DNA from: Macrostomum hystrix
Taxonomy: Eukaryota > Animalia > Platyhelminthes
DNA: 64,000 bases
NCBI GenBank assembly: GCA_950097015.1
Contig: CATNEN010000029.1
Coordinates: forward strand, 2,914,001 to 2,978,000
Direction: 5' to 3'
How positions within the stretch are numbered: the first letter of the stretch is position 1; each line of letters starts with the position of its first letter. A program made the position numbers and the translations under genes. The notes beneath the pieces are model-generated. The model saw only the letters and a program-made list of their open reading frames with translations, had not been told where the DNA came from and did not search any database. Positions 21,201 to 33,180 of the stretch are shown piece after piece.

Positions 21201-24200
21201 CCAATCCAGGAGCTGCTCACTCACCAATCCAGGAGCTGCTTACTCACCAATCCAGGAGCTGCTCACGCATCAATCCAGGAGCTGCTCACGCATCAATCCA
21301 GGAGCTGCTTACCCACCCTCCAATCCAGGAGTTGCTCACCCTACTCACTAATCCAAGAGCTGCTCACTCACCAATCCAGGAGTTGCTCACCCTACTCACC
21401 ATTGCTTAATAATAATTGCAGCAGGGCTGCGGGCAGTGGCACACCATTTGGTGACACTAGACCCGCAACCAGCGAGGATGGGGCAATTCTGGCCATTTCG
21501 CTGACTCCTGAGCACACACGCACACAGATACTGTACGCAGGCATACGCTCACACAGGTGTGTACATCTGCCCTGACTTTCTCATCGTCAGGCAGTGTACA
21601 TTTCCCTGTGCCTTGGAGGTTAGGCCCCTAAGAGGCGTAAATTGCACGACAAGCCCTCAAGCCTTCTCTCCGCGGCTGCGCCCCAAATAATGTGGCCTCG
21701 CCGTGGAATCGAACTTAGGGACCGTGGTGCGAGAGACAAACGCGATAACCGCTCTGCCACCGACCCCTCACCATTGCTTGCCAGTGATGCCTCGCCCAGT
21801 GGCCAGCCGTCTCTCATCTAGCCAGGCCTGCTTGAGTCGCACTCTCGGATCTGTCCACATAGGATAGGGCAGGCCGGTAACCACAACGGCTCGGCCAAAG
21901 TGATCAGCAAAGTCCAGGCCTTCGCTAACCTTGCCGCGGCAGACGGCCAAGAAGATGGCGCCAGAGTATTGCGGATCGCAGACTCGCTTATAATAATCGG
22001 CGAAAGCGACGGCGAATTCCGCCTTTCGGCGAGGCTCAACAAACACCGGCTTGCGGGCGCTAATGCGATCGAACAGTCGATTAGATCGCCAGGCATCTAG
22101 GCAGCGGGACAGCAAGGAATAGGACGGGAAGAATACTAGGAGGCCGTGGGGCACGCAGCCGCACAGTGTCACAATGCATTCGCCTAGGGCGCGTTGATAA
22201 TCAAGCGAGTCCCGATTCTCGTAGCCGGAGCTCAGCCTGACCGAGCCAGGACCTCGCGGCACCACAGTAGTGACAATCTGGTCCTTATTGATCACATGCG
22301 GATTGCTGAGCTCGATTGGAAACGGCAGCTGCAGATCGTGACGCAGCGACTCCATGGGGTAGAGGGTGCCGCTAGTGAGGATGATGGAGCGAACGCCGTG
22401 AGCGGCCAAGTCCAGCATAGCCTTGGCCGGCGAGAAGCACCAGTAGGAGAGCAGGCGGTACGGCTTGCCGCTGGCGGCGACGCCGGAGCTGGCGCTGGCG
22501 GCGGTGTCGAAGCCGATAGCGGGCGCCGCTGCAGCCGATTGGCCGCCAGGCGTCGATCTGCCCGCCACCTCGCGGATGTGCAATTTGTAGCAATGCGCCA
22601 AGCCGATGCTCGAAGGCGCGCCGCCGCGACGTTTAGGCGCCGACGAGGACGAAGAAGCGCCGGACGGATCGCCGAAGGAGGCCTCTGGAAACACTCCGGC
22701 GATGAATTCGCTCAGCCGGGTGAGGCCGGTGCCGCGGAACAGGCGGCCTGGTACGGCGAGAACGGTAGGGAAAAATATAGATCGAATTGGATGAGTAATG
22801 TAACAAGGGAGATAAACAAGAATAAGATGTACGAGGTAAAAAGACACGCAATTAGAAGTCGTTTGAGAAACAATTAAGTCGCTTAAAAAGCGGTCAAGGG
22901 TTGGGGAAAATGATAAGCCAAAAAAATTCGCTAGAGAAGCGTTACAGTCATTAGAAAAGCGTTTGAGTCGTTAGAGAAGCGTTGAAGGCGTTAGAGAAGC
23001 GTTTGAGTCGCAGGAAAAGCGTTTGAGCCAATAAAAAAGCGTTTGAGTCGCAGGAAAAGCGTTTGAGTCGTTTGAGAAGCTTTTGAGTCGCTAGAAAGGC
23101 GTTCTAGTCGCAGGAGAAGCGGTTGAGTCGTCTGAGAAGCGTTTGATTCGATAGAGAAGTGTTTGAGTCGTTAGAGAAGCGTTTGAGTCGTTAAAAAAGC
23201 GTTCCATCGAGATTGAGAGTGGAGACGAAGCAGCAGAGGATTTACCCTGAGTAGCGGACATAAACGCCAATATCTTGTCCAGCCGGTCCAGCATGTGTGC
23301 CACCCTGTGAGCCGAGATGTCCGCCTGGCCCAACAGTTCGAAAACGAATGCGCCCGGCCTAGTGAAGCCTGGTCCAGCGTCGCCACTGCCCAACGGGATG
23401 CAGTCAATGGCCTTCTCCAGCGCCAATAATTGGCCCTTCAAAGCAAATAGATCAGACACGGTGAAGTCCAGGCTCTCTTGAGCTTCGACACCGCTGAGCT
23501 CTTCTAAACTGAGACTGCTGGCCTGCTGGTCCGCGGTGATCTTCTTCATCAGATTACTGACGGCGGCGTCAATTTCAAAGATGCACTGGGCTAGATCTAC
23601 TGAGCTTAACTCGACTGAGGCGCCGTCTTCGCACACTTGCTCCTGCGGCGGTGCGGGTAACGACAAACCATCTAGGGTCATCTAGGTTTGTCAAATGATT
23701 ACTAATTCAGAATCGGAAGCTAATTGCTTACAATATTGTGCGCCTCGTCTAGGATAACCACGTTGCCCTCAAGGTCGATTTTGTTGCGATAGCGAACCTT
23801 TAAAAATATTTAATTGTATGTTATAGACCGGCTATTGCGGAAAACGGTTTTCTATTGGAAATCTCTGAGACGGATTGTGTTCGATAGAGGACAATTCTCT
23901 ATTTTATAAAGATGATTCTCTACTGGATAGAGAAAATTCTCTAATTGATAGAGATGATTCTCTACTGGATAGAGACTATTCTCTATTTGATAAAGATGAT
24001 TCTCTACTGGATAGAGACAATTCACTATATGATAAATATTATTCTCTACTGGATAGAGACAATTCACTATTTGATAAATATTGTTCTCTACTGGATAGAG
24101 ACAATTCACTATTTGATAAAGATGATTGTCTACGGGATAGAGACAATTCTCTATTTGATAAAGATGATTCTCTACTGGATAGAGACAATTCTCTATTTGA

Positions 24201-26295
24201 TAAAGATGATTCTCTACTGGATAGAGACAATTCACTATTTGATAAAGATGATTGTCTACGGGATAGAGACAATTCACTATTTGATAAAGATGATTGTCTA
24301 CTGGATAGAGACAATTTTATATTCGATAAAGAAAATTATCTACTCGATAGAGACAATTCTCTATATGATAAAGATGATTCTCTACTGGATAGAGACGATT
24401 CTCCATTAAATAGAGGCGATTCTCTATACGATTCTCTATCAGAGATGCGGCTTAGCGTCACGTGTTACTTAATTATCGTAATTTCAAGTAAAGTCTTAGA
24501 CGGCACCATAAATTGCAAACTATTTCTCACCTTAGGATCCAGCAGATAGTTATAGGGCATAAATATCACATCAGCTGATTCCTTTTGATCCCGCGACAAA
24601 TAGTAAGGGCAGCACCTAGTTCGCTTGCCGTAGTCAGCTAGATCCTCGATGTCCATAATCTTGTTGCTGAGCGGCGGCGCCGGCGTGGCATCTTTGTCAT
24701 TCTTTGGACGAAGCGCTAAAGAAAAATGGCATACGATTGCTACTCAAAAACTCTAAATTTTATATAATATAATTCAATTTGCTTGTTCTCTTACAATCGT
24801 ACTGTATGTAGTACTGGCAGGATCTAGTCTCGACGCGCACTTTGCAGTTTATCATTTTAGCGGCGTTCGATTCCAACTGTTGGACATCTTCGTTGATGCA
24901 CAGCTGATCGCGAGATCCGATTATGGCTACCTTGTGGCTGCAGTTTTTTGGTATGAAAGTAGAGGCTTGAATCGGTTGTGGTGGGATTTACAGATGGAGA
25001 GAGTAGACACAGATGGAGAGTGTAGATACAGGTGGAGAGAGTAGACACAGATGGAGAGTGTAGATACAGGTGGAGAGAGTAGATACAGGTGGAGAGAGTA
25101 GATACAGGTGGAGAGAGTAGATACAGGTGGAGACAGTAGATACAGGTGGAGAGAGTAGATACAGGTGGAGAGAGTAGATACAGGTGGAGAGAGTAGATAC
25201 AGGTGGAGAGAGTAGATACAGGTGGAGAGAGTAGATACAGGTGGAGAGAGTAGATACAGGTGGAGAGAGTAGATACAGGTGGAGAGAGTAGATACAGATG
25301 GAGAGAGTAGATACAGATGGAGACAGTAGATACAGGTGGAGAGAGTAGATACAGGTGGAGAGAGTAGATACAGGTGGAGAGAGTAGATACAGATGGAGAC
25401 AGTAGATACAGGTGGAGAGAGCAGATACAGATGGAGACAGTAGATACAGGTGGAGAGAGTAGATACAGGTGGAGAGAGTAGATACAGGTGGAGACAGTAG
25501 ATACAGATGGAGACAGTAGATACAGATGGAGACAGTAGATACAGGTGGAGACAGTAGATACAGATGGAGACAGTAGATACAGGTGGAGAGAGTAGATACA
25601 GGTGGAGAGAGTAGATACAGGTGGAGAGAGTAGATACAGGTGGAGAGAGTAGATACAAGTGAGAGAGTATATGCAAGTGAAGAGAGTATATACAGGTGGG
25701 GTAAATATGGCTGGGGAGAGAGAGAGAGACAAGTGGGCAGACAAGTCGGTGTAGGAAGAGAGTAGAGACCAAAACGGATTCAGAGTGAATTATGAAATGC
25801 CAGTAAATCTCACTTAGTGTAAACTGTTCGCCTCAACTCATGCATGGCCTGAGACAGTTGGCTGTGCGTCCTAGACGCATAAATAATCCTGGGCGCGCCG
25901 CGTACCGGATCCCAGGCGCCGGCGGTCTCGGCGAAGCCACGCTCCAATTCGGCCACCAGCTCGGCGGTGGCGTCGCTGTCGCCGCGGCTGCCGGCTGAAG
26001 CTGCCTGAATGTTGAAGGCCTGCTGTCTGGCCTTCATTGCAGCCTGCCAGGCTAGGGCGGCGCAGAGCAGTGACAAACTTTTGCCTGTGCCAGTAGGAGA
26101 TTCTAGCAGAGCATTCTGACCAGTCTGTAATTTAATCATTTCCAATTTTCAGCTTCAAAGCAAGAGCAAATTACAGAATAATTGACCGCTTACCTGCAAA
26201 GCTTCCAACACTTTGCTCATGTAATCCACCTGGCATGGATACGGTTCGAATGGGAAGCACACATCAATGCCCTTGATTCGAATTTGGCTAGTCAT
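18211..26295 (-). CDS. RTEL1: RTEL1 Fe-S helicase with harmonin-homology domain and C-terminal RING; exons 26295..26194, 26124..25814, 24937..24795, 24715..24531, 23797..23732, 23642..23246, 22747..21772, 20635..20207, 20133..20021, 19598..18803, 18519..18410, 18306..18211; apparent +1 frameshift near 20523
   Basis: [57 protein letters not shown] and [18 protein letters not shown]-like [31 protein letters not shown]-x2-C..C-x-H-x2-C-x2-C..CPRC. The junctions I traced are GT-AG and phase-compatible. Confidence 0.9.
18655..18770. repeat. 16-bp minisatellite (GAGACTAGATAAGTGA) in RTEL1 intron 10
   Basis: About 7 tandem units. Confidence 0.85.
19780..19945. repeat. Degenerate ~21-bp repeat (AACAGGTGAGAACTGCTGTCC) in RTEL1 intron 9
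   Basis: AACAGGTGAG recurs at about 20-bp spacing. Confidence 0.7.
20670..21400. repeat. 27-bp minisatellite (CACTCACCAATCCAGGAGCTGGTTACC) in RTEL1 intron 7
   Basis: Tandem units; each reads TG|GTGAGT on the gene strand. Confidence 0.93.
21408..21766 (-). mobile_element. tRNA-derived SINE, full length, 13-bp TSD
   Basis: Head GGTGGCAGAGCGG (A box) and GTTCGATTC (B box); (ATT)n tail; TSD CTCACCATTGCTT at 21395-21407 and 21767-21779. Confidence 0.88.
22925..23195. repeat. 20-bp minisatellite (GTTTGAGTCGTTAGAGAAGC) in RTEL1 intron 6
   Basis: About 13 degenerate units. Confidence 0.85.
23900..24430. repeat. 42-bp (2x21) minisatellite in RTEL1 intron 4
   Basis: Unit GATAGAGACAATTCTCTATTTGATAAAGATGATTCTCTACTG; the [17 protein letters not shown] periodicity is 14 aa. 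Confidence 0.9.
24990..25690. repeat. 19-bp minisatellite (GGAGAGAGTAGATACAGGT) in RTEL1 intron 2
   Basis: About 36 tandem units. Confidence 0.93.
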
Positions 26296-27749
26296 TATTG
26301 TTAATAATAGCTGGCACTCTTCATAAGTACTAGGCCAGTAGTAGAAACGCTGTTGCTACAGACCCACTGTCAGATCCTTTACAGATGATCTGTTATGCTG
26401 AGGGTATGCTGAAATTTAATAATTTGTTTTTAATAAGATCCCTCTTACTTAAAATAAGCCTAAAACTTTAGGTTAATGTAGTAACAATAATAATATATGC
26501 AAGAGGGCTGTGGGCACTAATACTTAATTTAGTGACAGTAGGCCTACACCTAGCAATAGTTAATTCTGCCCATTTCACTGACTAGTAACATACAAGTTGC
26601 AAACAGATGTAGATTAATTATAGACATGTTTACATTTACATAGAGATGCAAATTAACACTCACAGTGTAAATTATCACTTTGACTTCTGATGGTTGGCCT
26701 TTAGTGTATAGAATATACCATAAACTCGACAAGCTTTTGGCTGCAGCCCAAAATGACTATGGCCTTACCACAATTATGAGCTCAGGAAACTTTATTACAA
26801 AGTAAACCATTAGTAGGCCAACAAATTCTTTGTGTTAGATTATAAAAGAGCTAACTGTTGTGACTAAACTATATACTGAATGTTGATGAACTTTCAGGTT
26901 AGCATCAATTTATTTTAGAATTAATACAGATGACAGAGTAGTTCAAGCTAATCTGTGCTTAGAAGATTAAAGATTATTTAAACCTATGGATTTTTATATG
27001 AGTATGCTATTGTGGTTCTTTACAAACAACCTAGGATGCTGGATACTATCCTTGGATCCCAATTAGAATAAGTGGTATTTTTTGCAGATTTCATTGAGTG
27101 AATTTTCATGTGTTATCATGACACATGGCATGCATAGTCAGGATACAAGAATTTGATTCATTATGCATATAGTGGCCAGTGTAATACCAAACAATGATAT
27201 AAAACATGTAATTGGAGGAAGTCAATAGCATAATAGAAATTCCTCAAACTGTAGTGTAAGCAAAGCTTGTTTCATACTTTCTTCAGTCATGTGCCATGAT
27301 GCACTACCTAGGACTAGGTCAGGATGCGAGAAGAACTTGACTAACCATGTATTATATGTAGCAGTCAATGCTCCCAAACAAGGACAAGTTCAAGCATGTA
27401 TAAGAGGAGGTCAACAAAAAGCAAAATAGAAATTCATCAAACTGTAACTGTTTAAGCCTAACGAATTTATTGCAAGGTTCAACACAGTGTTCAATTAGCA
27501 TTTTTCTGCTTTCCAGTTTGGCTAGGCCTTAATATTTAAGAGAAAGAATGTTCTTAAAAATTATAAGTCACAGTCAGTTATGAGCTAACTTGTGTTTAAT
27601 AAGCCATTTATCACATTTATCAAGTTACAGAGACTAGAATTAAATAAATGTGCAATACTACGTGGATCCTGAAGTACTATGTCACCTAAAGGTTTGCAAT
27701 TTACAATGACACTATACATACTAGTCTTATTATGATTTAAAAAGGCAGA

Positions 27750-28514
27750 GCTTATTCCCATGGTCCCATGCCGATAATTTCACTTTTATCCACACGGATC
27801 CGTGCCGATAATTTTCTGCTTATCCTCACGGCAGCTTGTATGAATAGGTCTACAACTAAGAAAATTGTCCAGCAAAAGCATTGGGAGACTGTTTTAACTC
27901 TCAAGAATTTAACGCCTAAGTCCAAAGGACACACAATTGTAAAGATTCGCAGAGGAAAGCGCGGAACTAGTTAACATGCTTTCGTCGAGTTTCTGAAACC
28001 TTATTTTCGTACGGTAACAAGTCAGTAGTTATCATTTGCGCATGTGCATCATATCATATTTCAAGCGCGTGTGCAATACAAATGTCAGCGCGATTCTTCA
28101 TATGCAATTGTTAGCAATGTTGCATATTATTCGAAATTAACGATTATTCGAAATTAACGATTATTCGAAATTTAACGTGTGCATTGCTCGTAATTAAAAG
28201 ACGCCCTACTACAGGTAACTGCAGGTTCTGGAAAACATGTATGACCAGTTGTATATAGTACATGAAAATTGCTACACAGTTCCTGTAAAATATGTGCTTT
28301 AAGTTCTTAAAGTTATCGGCAAAACAAGCTGCCGTGTGGACAGGCAGAGAATTATTGGCACAGATCTGTGTGGATAAAATTGAAATTAACGGCACGGCAT
28401 ATATGAGTTGTAGACCTATATTCATACAAGCTGCCGTGTGGATAAGCAGAAATTATCGGCACGGATCCGTGTGGATAAAATTGAAAATATTGGCACGGGA
28501 CCGTGGGAATAAGC
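27750..28514. mobile_element. 765-bp MITE-like element with ~105-bp terminal inverted repeats
   Basis: Left GCTTATTCCCATGGTCCC..CACACGGATCCGTGCCGATAAT..GCAGCTTGTATGAATAGGTCTACAACT is matched in reverse at about 28408..28514. No TSD seen. Confidence 0.75.
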
Positions 28515-29709
28515 ACTTCCATTTAAAAATTGTATGACACACTGTCCATGCCACTTTGTCATTTATATGGCATATTTTCTGCAGTAGTTAAATACTTATT
28601 TCAATAGGGCCTGGGTTTGCCAACTTTATCTAGCTAGCTATCTTGTAGGCTATATCCAAATTCTTATAATAAAGGCCTACTCATAGCCATCATAGGAGGC
28701 ATATGCTACCATTTTAGCTTGTAGCTAGATAAAAATGTATATAATTTAGGAAAAAATTACTGAACTATGATGCTTATTCCATATGTCATGATGCTTGCCA
28801 ATAAAACTACAAAGAATAATAGCTACTACAAAAAATATTTTTATGTCAGTGTAAATACTTCATTTTGAATTAGCTATTCTACACATTTCAAAGATTCCAA
28901 TGCAAACAAGGCCTAACTGTTTCTTGTTAAAAAATCTAAATAATTTAGTAAACTACCTAACGTGTTCAAACTTAAAGATGGAATTAGGCTTAAACTTAGG
29001 CAAGGCAAGACAACATTTGTCAAGAGCCAAGACCCCGTACAATAATTTTTTGGGGCAAAAGAACAGTCCTGCTGATTATTCTCAAGGGTTAGGTTGGCCT
29101 TGGCATGGCACATGTCGCTATCCAGATTAAATCATGGCTAAATGAATAAATTGTACATTAAATAAAAACGAATGCACGACCATTAAGCTCACAACCAAGC
29201 AAAGATCATCTTGAATCGTCGTATTGCAATTATTAACAATTCAAAGTAAGAACATTTAGAAATAAAGAGTTAAAACAAAAAATTGTATGAATCATAGAAT
29301 AAAGTTTCAATATTTGTATAAAATTGTGCCATTTTTTACGAAAGAAGTATTAATCAACCATAAACTTTATGTAAGCTGTCAAGTACTAACTTTTTTGTTT
29401 TCAAAAGTTTGCTGTAATGAAACGGTACTTTTTTAACAAGAAAAATTTGTATCTTTTTGTCTCTTGCTAGCTAAAGCTATTTAATCACATTGTACACATG
29501 ACACAAAAGGTTTATGTTCGTGTTCAACTGCTTATGTCTGTTAAGTAGTGATTTTTACAAGCTAGCCATATAGTGCGTTGTAATGGTAGTTTTTTAGTTT
29601 ATTCATAGACGAAGAGCATTTTAAATGAGCATAAATGTTTGTCTTTGCATCTCCGATCGTACTGTGTACGCCTTATTTTAAAAGGAATCCAGTTTCTTCT
29701 AACCCAGTT

Positions 29710-29869
29710 CAGGGGCGTAGCCATGATTTCTTTGGGATTTCGGTTTGGTTCTATCCAGTTAAAAGCAATTAATTCATTTCTTTCGAAGAAACTGAACGCG
29801 AAAAAATTTGAGACATCAAATTTTGGGGGTATCGGCCGATACACTGATACCCCCTTCGCTACGCCACTG
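29710..29869. mobile_element. 160-bp hAT-type MITE
   Basis: TIRs CAGGGGCGTAGC / GCTACGCCACTG; 8-bp TSD ACCCAGTT / AACCAGTT (one mismatch). Confidence 0.75.
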
Positions 29870-30532
29870 AACCAGTTAGCTTAAACTTCCAACTTAGAAA
29901 GTTTTCCCGCATGTTTATGTTACAGCTTTCGTTTGTGAAGGCCAAAAAGCACCAGGAAATAAAATCAAGTGCACCATATTTCATTTCTGAAGAAAACACG
30001 GCACATCTTGGAGATTTGTTGTGATTTCGTATTATTTATAGTACATATGATGCCTTATGTAATACTTAAATCTTATATTCACATAGTTCCATCAGACTTG
30101 ATTGAATTTTTACTATTTTCTAGTCTAGTGGGCTTTATTCATTCGTTTGTACAAGCAGTAATTTTATTTTCAGTTTCAATCTGACACCTTCGTTCTAGAT
30201 GTCACATAATTAAACAGACAAAATAGTTTACAAAAGCATTTTGGTATCATTATACTGTATGATTATAGTCCATCATAATCATAACTACCATCATTATGCT
30301 ATAAAGTATCACTATCGGCCAATCTTAGTTAATCTCTATTGTTCGTTATGAGACACCTCTGCGTTAATTTTCTTTCAATTGGCTACAATTATTATTCTTT
30401 CTTGGATTGTTTCAATCGACCGCGATTTAAAGTGGAGCAATGGCGCCAGCGTTACTTTCGTGTCATAATTATAATTAGTCGTATCCCAAAACTCCCACAG
30501 ACTGAACGCCCCATGAACCCTAGCAACCGAGC

Positions 30533-33149
30533 ATGAGTGCAGCAGCGCAAGAAGAAGTTGCCACGGCGGGCGCTGCCGCATCTTCAAATGGCCATCATTC
30601 TCGCGACGCCGCGTCGGCAGGTCGCCAAGCCTCGCCAGCCAAACAGTCGGTGTCGTCGCCTGAGCGGGCGCGTTCTTCGTCGCCAGTGAAGCCAGACGAC
30701 AAGCCAAGATCGGGCCTGTCCCGCGCCGAGAAGCTGCTGTTGGATCTGGACGCTGAAATTGAACGCGATCGGCGACACCAACGCGGCGGCAGCGCCTCGG
30801 CGTCCCCCACTCCGCCGCCGCCCCAGTCGGGACTCGGTGGAAGCAAAACTAATAGTCGAGTAGATGTCAGAACAGTGTCGGTAAGTTTCCAGCTTCAATT
30901 AGACGTTCAGATGGATTCAGATGATGCTACAGCCCGTGGCACACATCTGACCTAACGCGCGGCACTTTCAAAGGCTGCGTACAGCTGTGTTCAGTCCGTG
31001 GACTGGGGAGTCTGCCACAGACACCAGAGTTTCTACCCATCTGTTGTTTATAACTATCTTAGCAAATTTATTAAATAAATCAATGGAGAAATTAGTACCT
31101 CACTCAAGGTCACTAAATAAAACTCGAACCCCCGACCTCTCGATCGAAATTCCGCAGCTCTATCCGCTGGGCTACAAGCTCCCTTACCAGAGTGAACTTT
31201 GGCAATGGTTAGAACAGGACAGGAGCTCTAAACAACTATCAACCAACTGGTACATAGGGTACTGTTTCACTCAAAGCAGCCTGACATTACAATTAGTGCT
31301 TTGGCTTGAGCAGGAAGCAGGGCCTCATAGGTCTGTGGAATTTGCGCAGTTTTATTTTTGTGCATCCGTTTCTACGGTTCCCCTCCCTCCCCATGCGTTT
31401 CTCGACCTTTTTAACTTTTCCGAGAGCTACAGCCGCCACCGCGAACAGTGGCTTAACCATCTCGAGGGGCGCCCTAGCTCTAGCAGGGATTTCTCTAGCC
31501 CAGCCTGCAAGAATAGCTCAGCAGAGCAATGACCCTAGCTAAATATGTCCCTAGCGTGTCCGCCGCAGCTTATCGCGTGTCGAATTTCGACTTCCAGCGC
31601 GCACTGGAGGAGGACGCCGCCATCCATCACACAGAGGCCTCTCGTAAAAGCATCGAAAAGCAGCAGCAGCAGCAAAAGCAGCTACTGCCTGATCAGCAGC
31701 AACTGCAGCGTCGAGTAGACGACCTACTGGAAGAGAATCGACGCCTGCAGGCCTCGCTAAGTCGGGCTACAGCATCGGGCGGCTCGTCGGACCCCGGTAC
31801 CTCGGCGTATGGCGATCGTCCCCGCTTGGACTCCGACGAATCTCAGCACCTCCTGGATCGCCTGCTGCTGGACAAGGAAACCATGGCAACGGAGATGCAG
31901 CTTCTACGATCGGAAATTGAATCGTTAAAATCGCGAGACCGCACTGAGAATGCGTTGGCTAAGCAGCAGCAGCAGCAGCACCCTGGCCTGCCCGAGTACG
32001 ATCCTAACAACCCGGCCGCTTTAAAACGACGCATTGGTGAGTTCGATTGATTTGCTAATAGAGGATTAGGCTGGGATTTTTATAGATATTTTAATTCACC
32101 TAGAATAATATATTGGCATAATTTGTTTAAGGCATAAAGGCCCATGCCTTTGATTATAAGAGTCTTTAGTTGTAAATTTCTAATGACGAAAAATTCCTGG
32201 CTAACTTAGTTCTCACTTTTCATCAGAATGTGAGCTCTCGACTGACCCTTAGTTGACTATTCTATACTCTCTAACCTATAAAACACATTTTCAATGCACA
32301 GTTGATGAGGCTGAATATTGAATCGGAAGGAGTGGTTAAGAGCCCCCTCCCAGTTGTTGACTTAACAGAAGAGAACAAAAACCTGAGCCAGGATCGCTTG
32401 TTTGCTAACAGCGTGTTGCCGGCTTCGCCAGTTTTCTGCGCCAATGATAAAAACTAAAAAAATGATGGTAAAAATATTTTACTCTTTAGTTGGGCGGCAT
32501 TTATAGATGAACCAGCAGCGTATGCACTGCAGTTCACAAACTGAATCATAGGTAGTTAGTAGTTGTTTAGTCACTACGTTTCATTTCCTTAATCGTATCC
32601 TTATTGGTAATAATAATTGCAGGAGGGCTGCAGGCAATGGAACATCATTAGGTGACAGTAGACCCGCAGCCAGCGAGGAGGCAATCCTGCCCATTTCGCT
32701 GATGTACAGATAGCGAAAGCATCCCTGACTTTCTCATCATCAGGGAGTGTACAATTTACCGTGCCTTGAAGGTTGGCCCTAAAGGGCGTAAATTGCACGA
32801 CAAGCCCCCAAGCCTTCTCTCCGCGGCTACGCCCCAAATGAATGTGTCCTCGCCGGGGAATCGAACTTAGGGACCTTGGTGCGAGAGGCAAACGAGATAA
32901 CCGCTCTGCCACTCACCCTCTCGTGGACTGATTAGGCTGACACACCCTGGTGCTAATACATTCAGTATTCAGTGTACTTGTTAATTTGTTTTGTATTCTA
33001 ATTTACAACGATGTCAAGAAAGTTTCTACAAACAAACCGAATCTATCTTTATCCACATAGTTGACCTGGAGCAGCAGATATCTGACCTGCAAGAGGCAAA
33101 CGAGACAATGAGACAGAGCTACGCTGTTAACCAGACACCACATCAGCAT

Positions 33150-33180
<31 letters not shown>

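Noticed and set aside
23875-24549. Asp/Leu-rich 224-aa ORF resembling a repeat protein
   Set aside because: Antisense reading of a 42-bp minisatellite within RTEL1 intron 4.
18211-26295. FANCJ/BRIP1 as an alternative identity for the helicase
   Set aside because: [10 protein letters not shown], the harmonin-homology domain and the terminal RING fit RTEL1.
27105-27450. Degenerate ~185-bp tandem duplication upstream of RTEL1
   Set aside because: Old and AT-rich, with no coding or structural signal.
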